From assembly GCA_964016885.1 (NCBI GenBank), contig OZ024758.1:38130001-38194000 (forward strand): 64,000 bases of DNA. The letters run 5' to 3'. Within the stretch, counting starts at the first letter, position 1. Every line of letters starts with the position of its first letter. The notes under the pieces are model-generated. The model searched no databases, was not told the DNA's origin, and worked only from the letters and a program-made list of their open reading frames with translations. Made by a program: the position numbers and the translations under genes. Shown here one piece after another: positions 1 to 13,639 of the stretch. The DNA comes from Eledone cirrhosa. Lineage: Eukaryota.

Positions 1-1034
1 AATGTTGGTGAGAATTCATTTAAGTTCATGGTATTAGCTGTCAGAAGTAACTCCACTGTTGGTGTGAGTTCATTTAAGTCATGGTATAAGCTGTCAGAAG
101 TAACTCCAATGTTGGTGAGAATTCATTTAAGTTCATGGTATTAGCTGTCAGAAGTAACGCCACAGTTGGTGAGAATTCATTTAAGTTCATGGTATTAGCT
201 GTCAGAAGTAACTCCACTGTTGGTGAGAATTCATTTAAGTTCATGGTACTAGCTGTCAGAAGTAACTCCACTGTTGGTGAGAATTCATTTAAGTTCATGG
301 TATTAGTTTGTCAGAAGTAACTCCACTGTTGGTGAGAATTCATTTAAGTCATGGTATTAGTTGTCAGAAGTAACTCCAATGTTGGTGAGAATTCATTTAA
401 GTTCATGGTATTAGCTGTCAGAAGTAACTCCACTGTTGGTGAGAATTCATTTAAGTCATGGTATTAGCTGTCAGAAGTAACTCCAATGTTGGTGAGAATT
501 CATTTAAGTCATGGTACTAGCTGTCAGAAGTAACTCCAATGTTGGTGAGAATTCATTTAAGTTCATGGTATTAGCTGTCAGAAGTAACTCCACTGTTGGT
601 GAGAATTCATTTAAGTTCATGGTATTAGCTGTCAGAAGTAACTCCACTGTTGGTGAGAATTCATTTAAGTTCATGGTATTAGCTGTCAGAAGTAACTCCA
701 CTGTTGGTGAGAATTCATTTAGGTTCATGGTATTAGCTGTCAGAAGTAACTCCACTGTTGGTGAGAATTCATTTAAGTTCATGGTATTAGCTGTCAGAAG
801 TAACTCCACTGTTGGTGAGAATTCATTTAGGTTCATGGTATTAGCTGTCAGAAGTAACTCCACTGTTGGTGAGAATTCATTTAAGTTCATGGTATTAGCT
901 GTCAGAAGTAACTCCACTGTTGGTGAGAGTTCATTTAAGTCATGGTATTAGCTGTCAGAAGTAACTCCAATGTTGGTGAGAATTCATTTAAGTTCATGGT
1001 ATTAGCTGTCAGAAGTAACTCCACTGTTAGTGAG

Positions 1035-4000
1035 AATTCATTTAAGTTCATGGTATTAGCTGTCAGAAGTAACTCCACTGTTGGTGAGAATTCATTTAAG
1101 TTCATGGTACTAGCTGTCAGAAGTAACTCCACTGTTGGTGAGAATTCATTTAAGTTCATGGTATTAGTTTGTCAGAAGTAACTCCACTGTTGGTGAGAAT
1201 TCATTTAAGTCATGGTATTAGTTGTCAGAAGTAACTCCAATGTTGGTGAGAATTCATTTAAGTTCATGGTATTAGCTGTCAGAAGGAACTCCACTGTTGG
1301 TGAGAATTCATTTAAGTTCATGGTATTAGCTGTCAGAAGGAACTCCAATGTTGGTGAGAATTCATTTAAGTCATGGTACTAGCTGTCAGAAGTAACTCCA
1401 CTGTTGGTGAGAATTCATTTAAGTTCATGGTATTAGCTGTCAGAAGGAACTCCACTGTTGGTGAGAATTCATTTAAGTTCATGGTACTAGCTGTCAGAAG
1501 TAACTCCACTGTTGGTGAGAATTCATTTAAGTTCATGGTATTAGTTTGTCAGAAGTAACTCCACTGTTGGTGAGAATTCATTTAAGTCATGGTATTAGTT
1601 GTCAGAAGTAACTCCAATGTTGGTGAGAATTCATTTAAGCCATGGTACTAGCTGTCAGAAGTAACTCCACTGTTGGTGAGAATTCATTTAAGTCATGGTA
1701 TTAGCTGTCAGAAGTAACTCCAATGTTGGTGAGAATTCATTTAAGTTCATGGTACTAGCTGTCAGAAGTAACTCCAATGTTGGTGAGAATTCATTTAAGT
1801 TCATGGTACTAGCTGTCAGAAGTAACTCCACTGTTGGTGAGAATTCATTTAAGTTCATGGTATTAGCTGTCAGAAGTCACTCCAATGTTGGTGAGAATTC
1901 ATTTAAGTTCATGGTATTAGCTGTCAGAAGTCACTCCACTGTTGGTGAGAATTCATTTAAGTTCATGGTACTAGCTGTCAGAAGTAACCCCAATGTTGGT
2001 GAGAATTCATTTAAGTTCATGGTATTAGCTGTCAGAAGTCACTCCAATGTTGGTGAGAATTCATTTAAGTTCATGGTATTAGCTGTCAGAAGTAACTCCA
2101 CTGTTGGTGAGAATTCATTTAAGTTCATGGTATTAGCTGTCAGAAGTAACTCCACTGTTGGTGAGAATTCATTTAAGTTCATGGTATTAGCTGTCAGAAG
2201 GATCTCCACTGTTGGTGACAATTCATTTAAGTTCATGGTACTAGCTGTCAGAAGTAACTCCACTGTTGGTGAGAATTCATTTAAGTTCATGGTATTAGTT
2301 TGTCAGAAGTAACTCCACTGTTGGTGAGAATTCATTTAAGTCATGGTATTAGTTGTCAGAAGTAACTCCAATGTTGGTGAGAATTCATTTAAGCCATGGT
2401 ACTAGCTGTCAGAAGTAACTCCAATGTAGGTGAGAATTCATTTAAGTTCATGGTATTAGCTGTCAGAACGAACTCCACTGTTGGTGAAAATTCATTTAAG
2501 TTCATGGTATTAGCTGTCGGAAGTAACTCCACTGTTGGTGAGAATTCATTTAAGTTCATGGTACTAGCTGTCAGAAGTAACTCCAATGTTGGTGAGAATT
2601 CATTTAAGTTCATGGTATTAGCTGTCAGAAGTAACTCCACTGTTGGTGAGAGTTCATTTAAGTCATGGTATAAGCTGTCAGAAGTAACTCCAATGTTGGT
2701 GAGAATTCATTTAAGTTCATGGTATTAGCTGTCAGAAGTAACGCCACAGTTGGTGAGAATTCATTTAAGTTCATGGTATTAGCTGTCAGAAGTAACTCCA
2801 CTGTTGGTGAGAATTCATTTAAGTTCATGGTACTAGCTGTCAGAAGTAACTCCACTGTTGGTGAGAATTCATTTAAGTTCATGGTATTAGTTTGTCAGAA
2901 GTAACTCCACTGTTGGTGAGAATTCATTTAAGTCATGGTATTAGTTGTCAGAAGTAACTCCAATGTTGGTGAGAATTCATTTAAGTTCATGGTATTAGCT
3001 GTCAGAAGGAACTCCACTGTTGGTGAGAATTCATTTAAGTTCATGGTATTAGCTGTCAGAAGGAACTCCAATGTTGGTGAGAATTCATTTAAGTCATGGT
3101 ACTAGCTGTCAGAAGTAACTCCACTGTTGGTGAGAATTCATTTAAGTTCATGGTATTAGCTGTCAGAAGGAACTCCACTGTTGGTGAGAATTCATTTAAG
3201 TTCATGGTACTAGCTGTCAGAAGTAACTCCACTGTTGGTGAGAATTCATTTAAGTTCATGGTATTAGTTTGTCAGAAGTAACTCCACTGTTGGTGAGAAT
3301 TCATTTAAGTCATGGTATTAGTTGTCAGAAGTAACTCCAATGTTGGTGAGAATTCATTTAAGCCATGGTACTAGCTGTCAGAAGTAACTCCACTGTTGGT
3401 GAGAATTCATTTAAGTCATGGTATTAGCTGTCAGAAGGAACTCCACTGTTGGTGAGAATTCATTTAAGTTCATGGTATTAGCTGTCAGAAGGAACTCCAA
3501 TGTTGGTGAGAATTCATTTAAGTCATGGTACTAGCTGTCAGAAGTAACTCCACTGTTGGTGAGAATTCATTTAAGTTCATGGTATTAGCTGTCAGAAGGA
3601 ACTCCACTGTTGGTGAGAATTCATTTAAGTTCATGGTACTAGCTGTCAGAAGTAACTCCACTGTTGGTGAGAATTCATTTAAGTTCATGGTATTAGTTTG
3701 TCAGAAGTAACTCCACTGTTGGTGAGAATTCATTTAAGTCATGGTATTAGTTGTCAGAAGTAACTCCAATGTTGGTGAGAATTCATTTAAGCCATGGTAC
3801 TAGCTGTCAGAAGTAACTCCACTGTTGGTGAGAATTCATTTAAGTCATGGTATTAGCTGTCAGAAGTAACTCCAATGTTGGTGAGAATTCATTTAAGTTC
3901 ATGGTACTAGCTGTCAGAAGTAACTCCAATGTTGGTGAGAATTCATTTAAGTTCATGGTACTAGCTGTCAGAAGTAACTCCACTGTTGGTGAGAATTCAT

Positions 4001-7000
4001 TTAAGTTCATGGTATTAGCTGTCAGAAGTCACTCCAATGTTGGTGAGAATTCATTTAAGTTCATGGTATTAGCTGTCAGAAGTCACTCCACTGTTGGTGA
4101 GAATTCATTTAAGTTCATGGTACTAGCTGTCAGAAGTAACCCCAATGTTGGTGAGAATTCATTTAAGTTCATGGTATTAGCTGTCAGAAGTCACTCCAAT
4201 GTTGGTGAGAATTCATTTAAGTTCATGGTATTAGCTGTCAGAAGTAACTCCACTGTTGGTGAGAATTCATTTAAGTTCATGGTATTAGCTGTCAGAAGTA
4301 ACTCCACTGTTGGTGAGAATTCATTTAAGTTCATGGTATTAGCTGTCAGAAGGATCTCCACTGTTGGTGACAATTCATTTAAGTTCATGGTACTAGCTGT
4401 CAGAAGTAACTCCACTGTTGGTGAGAATTCATTTAAGTTCATGGTATTAGTTTGTCAGAAGTAACTCCACTGTTGGTGAGAATTCATTTAAGTCATGGTA
4501 TTAGTTGTCAGAAGTAACTCCAATGTTGGTGAGAATTCATTTAAGCCATGGTACTAGCTGTCAGAAGTAACTCCAATGTAGGTGAGAATTCATTTAAGTT
4601 CATGGTATTAGCTGTCAGAACGAACTCCACTGTTGGTGAAAATTCATTTAAGTTCATGGTATTAGCTGTCGGAAGTAACTCCACTGTTGGTGAGAATTCA
4701 TTTAAGTTCATGGTACTAGCTGTCAGAAGTAACTCCAATGTTGGTGAGAATTCATTTAAGTTCATGGTATTAGCTGTCAGAAGTAACTCCACTGTTGGTG
4801 AGAGTTCATTTAAGTCATGGTATAAGCTGTCAGAAGTAACTCCAATGTTGGTGAGAATTCATTTAAGTTCATGGTATTAGCTGTCAGAAGTAACGCCACA
4901 GTTGGTGAGAATTCATTTAAGTTCATGGTATTAGCTGTCAGAAGTAACTCCACTGTTGGTGAGAATTCATTTAAGTTCATGGTACTAGCTGTCAGAAGTA
5001 ACTCCACTGTTGGTGAGAATTCATTTAAGTTCATGGTATTAGTTTGTCAGAAGTAACTCCACTGTTGGTGAGAATTCATTTAAGTCATGGTATTAGTTGT
5101 CAGAAGTAACTCCAATGTTGGTGAGAATTCATTTAAGTTCATGGTATTAGCTGTCAGAAGGAACTCCACTGTTGGTGAGAATTCATTTAAGTTCATGGTA
5201 TTAGCTGTCAGAAGGAACTCCAATGTTGGTGAGAATTCATTTAAGTCATGGTACTAGCTGTCAGAAGTAACTCCACTGTTGGTGAGAATTCATTTAAGTT
5301 CATGGTATTAGCTGTCAGAAGGAACTCCACTGTTGGTGAGAATTCATTTAAGTTCATGGTACTAGCTGTCAGAAGTAACTCCACTGTTGGTGAGAATTCA
5401 TTTAAGTTCATGGTATTAGTTTGTCAGAAGTAACTCCACTGTTGGTGAGAATTCATTTAAGTCATGGTATTAGTTGTCAGAAGTAACTCCAATGTTGGTG
5501 AGAATTCATTTAAGCCATGGTACTAGCTGTCAGAAGTAACTCCACTGTTGGTGAGAATTCATTTAAGTCATGGTATTAGCTGTCAGAAGTAACTCCAATG
5601 TTGGTGAGAATTCATTTAAGTTCATGGTACTAGCTGTCAGAAGTAACTCCAATGTTGGTGAGAATTCATTTAAGTTCATGGTACTAGCTGTCAGAAGTAA
5701 CTCCACTGTTGGTGAGAATTCATTTAAGTTCATGGTATTAGCTGTCAGAAGTCACTCCAATGTTGGTGAGAATTCATTTAAGTTCATGGTATTAGCTGTC
5801 AGAAGTCACTCCACTGTTGGTGAGAATTCATTTAAGTTCATGGTACTAGCTGTCAGAAGTAACCCCAATGTTGGTGAGAATTCATTTAAGTTCATGGTAT
5901 TAGCTGTCAGAAGTCACTCCAATGTTGGTGAGAATTCATTTAAGTTCATGGTATTAGCTGTCAGAAGTAACTCCACTGTTGGTGAGAATTCATTTAAGTT
6001 CATGGTATTAGCTGTCAGAAGTAACTCCACTGTTGGTGAGAATTCATTTAAGTTCATGGTATTAGCTGTCAGAAGGATCTCCACTGTTGGTGACAATTCA
6101 TTTAAGTTCATGGTACTAGCTGTCAGAAGTAACTCCACTGTTGGTGAGAATTCATTTAAGTTCATGGTATTAGTTTGTCAGAAGTAACTCCACTGTTGGT
6201 GAGAATTCATTTAAGTCATGGTATTAGTTGTCAGAAGTAACTCCAATGTTGGTGAGAATTCATTTAAGCCATGGTACTAGCTGTCAGAAGTAACTACAAT
6301 GTAGGTGAGAATTCATTTAAGTTCATGGTATTAGCTGTCAGAACGAACTCCACTGTTGGTGAAAATTCATTTAAGTTCATGGTATTAGCTGTCGGAAGTA
6401 ACTCCACTGTTGGTGAGAATTCATTTAAGTTCATGGTACTAGCTGTCAGAAGTAACTCCAATGTTGGTGAGAATTCATTTAAGTTCATGGTATTAGCTGT
6501 CAGAAGTAACTCCACTGTTGGTGAGAGTTCATTTAAGTCATGGTATAAGCTGTCAGAAGTAACTCCAATGTTGGTGAGAATTCATTTAAGTTCATGGTAT
6601 TAGCTGTCAGAAGTAACGCCACAGTTGGTGAGAATTCATTTAAGTTCATGGTATTAGCTGTCAGAAGTAACTCCACTGTTGGTGAGAATTCATTTAAGTT
6701 CATGGTACTAGCTGTCAGAAGTAACTCCACTGTTGGTGAGAATTCATTTAAGTTCATGGTATTAGTTTGTCAGAAGTAACTCCACTGTTGGTGAGAATTC
6801 ATTTAAGTCATGGTATTAGTTGTCAGAAGTAACTCCAATGTTGGTGAGAATTCATTTAAGTTCATGGTATTAGCTGTCAGAAGGAACTCCACTGTTGGTG
6901 AGAATTCATTTAAGTTCATGGTATTAGCTGTCAGAAGGAACTCCAATGTTGGTGAGAATTCATTTAAGTCATGGTACTAGCTGTCAGAAGTAACTCCACT

Positions 7001-10000
7001 GTTGGTGAGAATTCATTTAAGTTCATGGTATTAGCTGTCAGAAGGAACTCCACTGTTGGTGAGAATTCATTTAAGTTCATGGTACTAGCTGTCAGAAGTA
7101 ACTCCACTGTTGGTGAGAATTCATTTAAGTTCATGGTATTAGTTTGTCAGAAGTAACTCCACTGTTGGTGAGAATTCATTTAAGTCATGGTATTAGTTGT
7201 CAGAAGTAACTCCAATGTTGGTGAGAATTCATTTAAGCCATGGTACTAGCTGTCAGAAGTAACTCCACTGTTGGTGAGAATTCATTTAAGTCATGGTATT
7301 AGCTGTCAGAAGTAACTCCAATGTTGGTGAGAATTCATTTAAGTTCATGGTACTAGCTGTCAGAAGTAACTCCAATGTTGGTGAGAATTCATTTAAGTTC
7401 ATGGTACTAGCTGTCAGAAGTAACTCCACTGTTGGTGAGAATTCATTTAAGTTCATGGTATTAGCTGTCAGAAGTCACACCAATGTTGGTGAGAATTCAT
7501 TTAAGTTCATGGTATTAGCTGTCAGAAGTCACTCCACTGTTGGTGAGAATTCATTTAAGTTCATGGTACTAGCTGTCAGAAGTAACCCCAATGTTGGTGA
7601 GAATTCATTTAAGTTCATGGTATTAGCTGTCAGAAGTCACTCCAATGTTGGTGAGAATTCATTTAAGTTCATGGTATTAGCTGTCAGAAGTAACTCCACT
7701 GTTGGTGAGAATTCATTTAAGTTCATGGTATTAGCTGTCAGAAGTAACTCCACTGTTGGTGAGAATTCATTTAAGTTCATGGTATTAGCTGTCAGAAGGA
7801 TCTCCACTGTTGGTGACAATTCATTTAAGTTCATGGTACTAGCTGTCAGAAGTAACTCCACTGTTGGTGAGAATTCATTTAAGTTCATGGTATTAGTTTG
7901 TCAGAAGTAACTCCACTGTTGGTGAGAATTCATTTAAGTCATGGTATTAGTTGTCAGAAGTAACTCCAATGTTGGTGAGAATTCATTTAAGTCATGGTAC
8001 TAGCTGTCAGAAGTAACTCCAATGTAGGTGAGAATTCATTTAAGTTCATGGTATTAGCTGTCAGAACGAACTCCACTGTTGGTGAAAATTCATTTAAGTT
8101 CATGGTATTAGCTGTCGGAAGTAACTCCACTGTTGGTGAGAATTCATTTAAGTTCATGGTACTAGCTGTCAGAAGTAACTCCAATGTTGGTGAGAATTCA
8201 TTTAAGTTCATGGTATTAGCTGTCAGAAGTAACTCCACTGTTGGTGAGAGTTCATTTAAGTCATGGTATAAGCTGTCAGAAGTAACTCCAATGTTGGTGA
8301 GAATTCATTTAAGTTCATGGTATTAGCTGTCAGAAGTAACGCCACAGTTGGTGAGAATTCATTTAAGTTCATGGTATTAGCTGTCAGAAGTAACTCCACT
8401 GTTGGTGAGAATTCATTTAAGTTCATGGTACTAGCTGTCAGAAGTAACTCCACTGTTGGTGAGAATTCATTTAAGTTCATGGTATTAGTTTGTCAGAAGT
8501 AACTCCACTGTTGGTGAGAATTCATTTAAGTCATGGTATTAGTTGTCAGAAGTAACTCCAATGTTGGTGAGAATTCATTTAAGTTCATGGTATTAGCTGT
8601 CAGAAGGAACTCCACTGTTGGTGAGAATTCATTTAAGTTCATGGTATTAGCTGTCAGAAGGAACTCCAATGTTGGTGAGAATTCATTTAAGTCATGGTAC
8701 TAGCTGTCAGAAGTAACTCCACTGTTGGTGAGAATTCATTTAAGTTCATGGTATTAGCTGTCAGAAGGAACTCCACTGTTGGTGAGAATTCATTTAAGTT
8801 CATGGTACTAGCTGTCAGAAGTAACTCCACTGTTGGTGAGAATTCATTTAAGTTCATGGTATTAGTTTGTCAGAAGTAACTCCACTGTTGGTGAGAATTC
8901 ATTTAAGTCATGGTATTAGTTGTCAGAAGTAACTCCAATGTTGGTGAGAATTCATTTAAGCCATGGTACTAGCTGTCAGAAGTAACTCCACTGTTGGTGA
9001 GAATTCATTTAAGTCATGGTATTAGCTGTCAGAAGTAACTCCAATGTTGGTGAGAATTCATTTAAGTTCATGGTACTAGCTGTCAGAAGTAACTCCAATG
9101 TTGGTGAGAATTCATTTAAGTTCATGGTACTAGCTGTCAGAAGTAACTCCACTGTTGGTGAGAATTCATTTAAGTTCATGGTATTAGCTGTCAGAAGTCA
9201 CTCCAATGTTGGTGAGAATTCATTTAAGTTCATGGTATTAGCTGTCAGAAGTCACTCCACTGTTGGTGAGAATTCATTTAAGTTCATGGTACTAGCTGTC
9301 AGAAGTAACCCCAATGTTGGTGAGAATTCATTTAAGTTCATGGTATTAGCTGTCAGAAGTCACTCCAATGTTGGTGAGAATTCATTTAAGTTCATGGTAT
9401 TAGCTGTCAGAAGTAACTCCACTGTTGGTGAGAATTCATTTAAGTTCATGGTATTAGCTGTCAGAAGTAACTCCACTGTTGGTGAGAATTCATTTAAGTT
9501 CATGGTATTAGCTGTCAGAAGGATCTCCACTGTTGGTGACAATTCATTTAAGTTCATGGTACTAGCTGTCAGAAGTAACTCCACTGTTGGTGAGAATTCA
9601 TTTAAGTTCATGGTATTAGTTTGTCAGAAGTAACTCCACTGTTGGTGAGAATTCATTTAAGTCATGGTATTAGTTGTCAGAAGTAACTCCAATGTTGGTG
9701 AGAATTCATTTAAACCATGGTACTAGCTGTCAGAAGTAACTACAATGTAGGTGAGAATTCATTTAAGTTCATGGTATTAGCTGTCAGAACGAACTCCACT
9801 GTTGGTGAAAATTCATTTAAGTTCATGGTATTAGCTGTCGGAAGTAACTCCACTGTTGGTGAGAATTCATTTAAGTTCATGGTACTAGCTGTCAGAAGTA
9901 ACTCCAATGTTGGTGAGAATTCATTTAAGTTCATGGTATTAGCTGTCAGAAGTAACTCCACTGTTGGTGAGAGTTCATTTAAGTCATGGTATAAGCTGTC

Positions 10001-11713
10001 AGAAGTAACTCCAATGTTGGTGAGAATTCATTTAAGTTCATGGTATTAGCTGTCAGAAGTAACGCCACAGTTGGTGAGAATTCATTTAAGTTCATGGTAT
10101 TAGCTGTCAGAAGTAACTCCACTGTTGGTGAGAATTCATTTAAGTTCATGGTACTAGCTGTCAGAAGTAACTCCACTGTTGGTGAGAATTCATTTAAGTT
10201 CATGGTATTAGTTTGTCAGAAGTAACTCCACTGTTGGTGAGAATTCATTTAAGTCATGGTATTAGTTGTCAGAAGTAACTCCAATGTTGGTGAGAATTCA
10301 TTTAAGTTCATGGTATTAGCTGTCAGAAGGAACTCCACTGTTGGTGAGAATTCATTTAAGTTCATGGTATTAGCTGTCAGAAGGAACTCCAATGTTGGTG
10401 AGAATTCATTTAAGTCATGGTACTAGCTGTCAGAAGTAACTCCACTGTTGGTGAGAATTCATTTAAGTTCATGGTATTAGCTGTCAGAAGGAACTCCACT
10501 GTTGGTGAGAATTCATTTAAGTTCATGGTACTAGCTGTCAGAAGTAACTCCACTGTTGGTGAGAATTCATTTAAGTTCATGGTATTAGTTTGTCAGAAGT
10601 AACTCCACTGTTGGTGAGAATTCATTTAAGTCATGGTATTAGTTGTCAGAAGTAACTCCAATGTTGGTGAGAATTCATTTAAGCCATGGTACTAGCTGTC
10701 AGAAGTAACTCCACTGTTGGTGAGAATTCATTTAAGTCATGGTATTAGCTGTCAGAAGTAACTCCAATGTTGGTGAGAATTCATTTAAGTTCATGGTACT
10801 AGCTGTCAGAAGTAACTCCAATGTTGGTGAGAATTCATTTAAGTTCATGGTACTAGCTGTCAGAAGTAACTCCACTGTTGGTGAGAATTCATTTAAGTTC
10901 ATGGTATTAGCTGTCAGAAGTCACACCAATGTTGGTGAGAATTCATTTAAGTTCATGGTATTAGCTGTCAGAAGTCACTCCACTGTTGGTGAGAATTCAT
11001 TTAAGTTCATGGTACTAGCTGTCAGAAGTAACCCCAATGTTGGTGAGAATTCATTTAAGTTCATGGTATTAGCTGTCAGAAGTCACTCCAATGTTGGTGA
11101 GAATTCATTTAAGTTCATGGTATTAGCTGTCAGAAGTAACTCCACTGTTGGTGAGAATTCATTTAAGTTCATGGTATTAGCTGTCAGAAGTAACTCCACT
11201 GTTGGTGAGAATTCATTTAAGTTCATGGTATTAGCTGTCAGAAGGATCTCCACTGTTGGTGACAATTCATTTAAGTTCATGGTACTAGCTGTCAGAAGTA
11301 ACTCCACTGTTGGTGAGAATTCATTTAAGTTCATGGTATTAGTTTGTCAGAAGTAACTCCACTGTTGGTGAGAATTCATTTAAGTCATGGTATTAGTTGT
11401 CAGAAGTAACTCCAATGTTGGTGAGAATTCATTTAAGCCATGGTACTAGCTGTCAGAAGTAACTCCAATGTAGGTGAGAATTCATTTAAGTTCATGGTAT
11501 TAGCTGTCAGAACGAACTCCACTGTTGGTGAAAATTCATTTAAGTTCATGGTATTAGCTGTCGGAAGTAACTCCACTGTTGGTGAGAATTCATTTAAGTT
11601 CATGGTACTAGCTGTCAGAAGTAACTCCAATGTTGGTGAGAATTCATTTAAGTTCATGGTATTAGCTGTCAGAAGTAACTCCACTGTTGGTGAGAGTTCA
11701 TTTAAGTCATGGT
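1035..11713. repeat. Higher-order repeat domain: about 6 copies of a 1,723-bp (32-monomer) unit
   Basis: Equivalent 205-aa pseudo-ORFs start at 1695, 3847, 5570, 7293, 9016 and 10739 (spacings 2152, then 1723 four times). Rare markers GGATCTCC...GGTGACAA, AATGTAGG, GGTGAAAA and GTCGGAAG occur once per unit. 1723 = 32x54 - 5. Confidence 0.95.
2989..3846. repeat. 429-bp (8-monomer) tandem duplication creating a 40-mer variant of the 32-mer HOR
   Basis: Identical pseudo-ORFs at 3096 and 3525 (offset 429). This HOR interval is 2152 = 1723 + 429. Confidence 0.9.
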
Positions 11714-13639
11714 ATTAGCTGTCAGAAGTAACTCCAATGTTGGTGAGAATTCATTTAAGTTCATGGTATTAGCTGTCAGAAGTAACTCCACTGTTAGTGA
11801 GAATTCATTTAAGTTCCTGGTATTAGCTGTCAGAAGTAACTCCACTGTTGGTGAGAATTCATTTAAGTTCATGGTACTAGCTGTCAGAAGTAACTCCACT
11901 GTTGGTGAGAATTCATTTAAGTTCATGGTATTAGTTTGTCAGAAGTAACTCCACTGTTGGTGAGAATTCATTTAAGTCATGGTATTAGTTGTCAGAAGTA
12001 ACTCCAATGTTGGTGAGAATTCATTTAAGTTCATGGTATTAGCTGTCAGAAGAAACTCCACTGTTGGTGAGAATTCATTTAAGTTCATGGTATTAGCTGT
12101 CAGAAGGAACTCCAATGTTGGTGAGAATTCATTTAAGTCATGGTACTAGCTGTCAGAAGTAACTCCACTGTTGGTGAGAATTCATTTAAGTTCATGGTAT
12201 TAGCTGTCAGAAGGAACTCCACTGTTGGTGAGAATTCATTTAAGTTCATGGTACTAGCTGTCAGAAGTAACTCCACTGTTGGTGAGAATTCATTTAAGTT
12301 CATGGTATTAGTTTGTCAGAAGTAACTCCACTGTTGGTGAGAATTCATTTAAGTCATGGTATTAGTTGTCAGAAGTAACTCCAATGTTGGTGAGAATTCA
12401 TTTAAGCCATGGTACTAGCTGTCAGAAGTAACTCCAATGTTGGTGAGAATTCATTTAATTTCATGGTATTAGCTGTCAGAACGAACTCCACTGTTGGTGA
12501 GAATTCATTTAAGTTCATGGTATTAGCTGTCAGAAGTAACTCCACTGTTGGTGAGAATTCATTTAAGTTCATGGTACTAGCTGTCAGAAGTAACTCCAAT
12601 GTTGGTGAGAATTCATTTAAGTTCATGGTATTAGCTGTCAGAAGTAACTCCACTGTTGGTGAGAGTTCATTTAAGTCATGGTATTAGCTGTCAGAAGTAA
12701 CTCCAATGTTGGTGAGAATTCATTTAAGTTCATGGTATTAGCTGTCAGAAGTAACGCCACAGTTGGTGAGAATTCATTTAAGTTCATGGTATTAGCTGTC
12801 AGAAGTAACTCCACTGTTGGTGAGAATTCATTTAAGTTCATGGTACTAGCTGTCAGAAGTAACTCCACTGTTGGTGAGAATTCATTTAAGTTCATGGTAT
12901 TAGTTTGTCAGAAGTAACTCCACTGTTGGTGAGAATTCATTTAAGTCATGGTATTAGTTGTCAGAAGTAACTCCAATGTTGGTGAGAATTCATTTAAGTT
13001 CATGGTATTAGCTGTCAGAAGGAACTCCACTGTTGGTGAGAATTCATTTAAGTTCATGGTATTAGCTGTCAGAAGGAACTCCAATGTTGGTGAGAATTCA
13101 TTTAAGTCATGGTACTAGCTGTCAGAAGTAACTCCACTGTTGGTGAGAATTCATTTAAGTTTATGGTATTAGCTGTCAGAAGGAACTCCACTGTTGGTGA
13201 GAATTCATTTAAGTTCATGGTACTAGCTGTCAGAAGTAACTCCACTGTTGGTGAGAATTCATTTAAGTCATGGTATTAGTTGTCAGAAGTAACTCCAATG
13301 TTGGTGAGAATTCATTTAAGCCATGGTACTAGCTGTCAGAAGTAACTCCAATGTTGGTGAGAATTCATTTAATTTCATGGTATTAGCTGTCAGAACGAAC
13401 TCCACTGTTGGTGAGAATTCATTTAAGTTCATGGTATTAGCTGTCAGAAGTAACTCCACTGTTGGTGAGAATTCATTTAAGTTCATGGTACTAGCTGTCA
13501 GAAGTAACTCCAATGTTGGTGAGAATTCATTTAAGTTCATGGTATTAGCTGTCAGAAGTAACTCCACTGTTGGTGAGAATTCATTTAAGTCATGGTATTA
13601 GCTGTCAGAAGTAACTCCAATGTTGGTGAGAATTCATTT

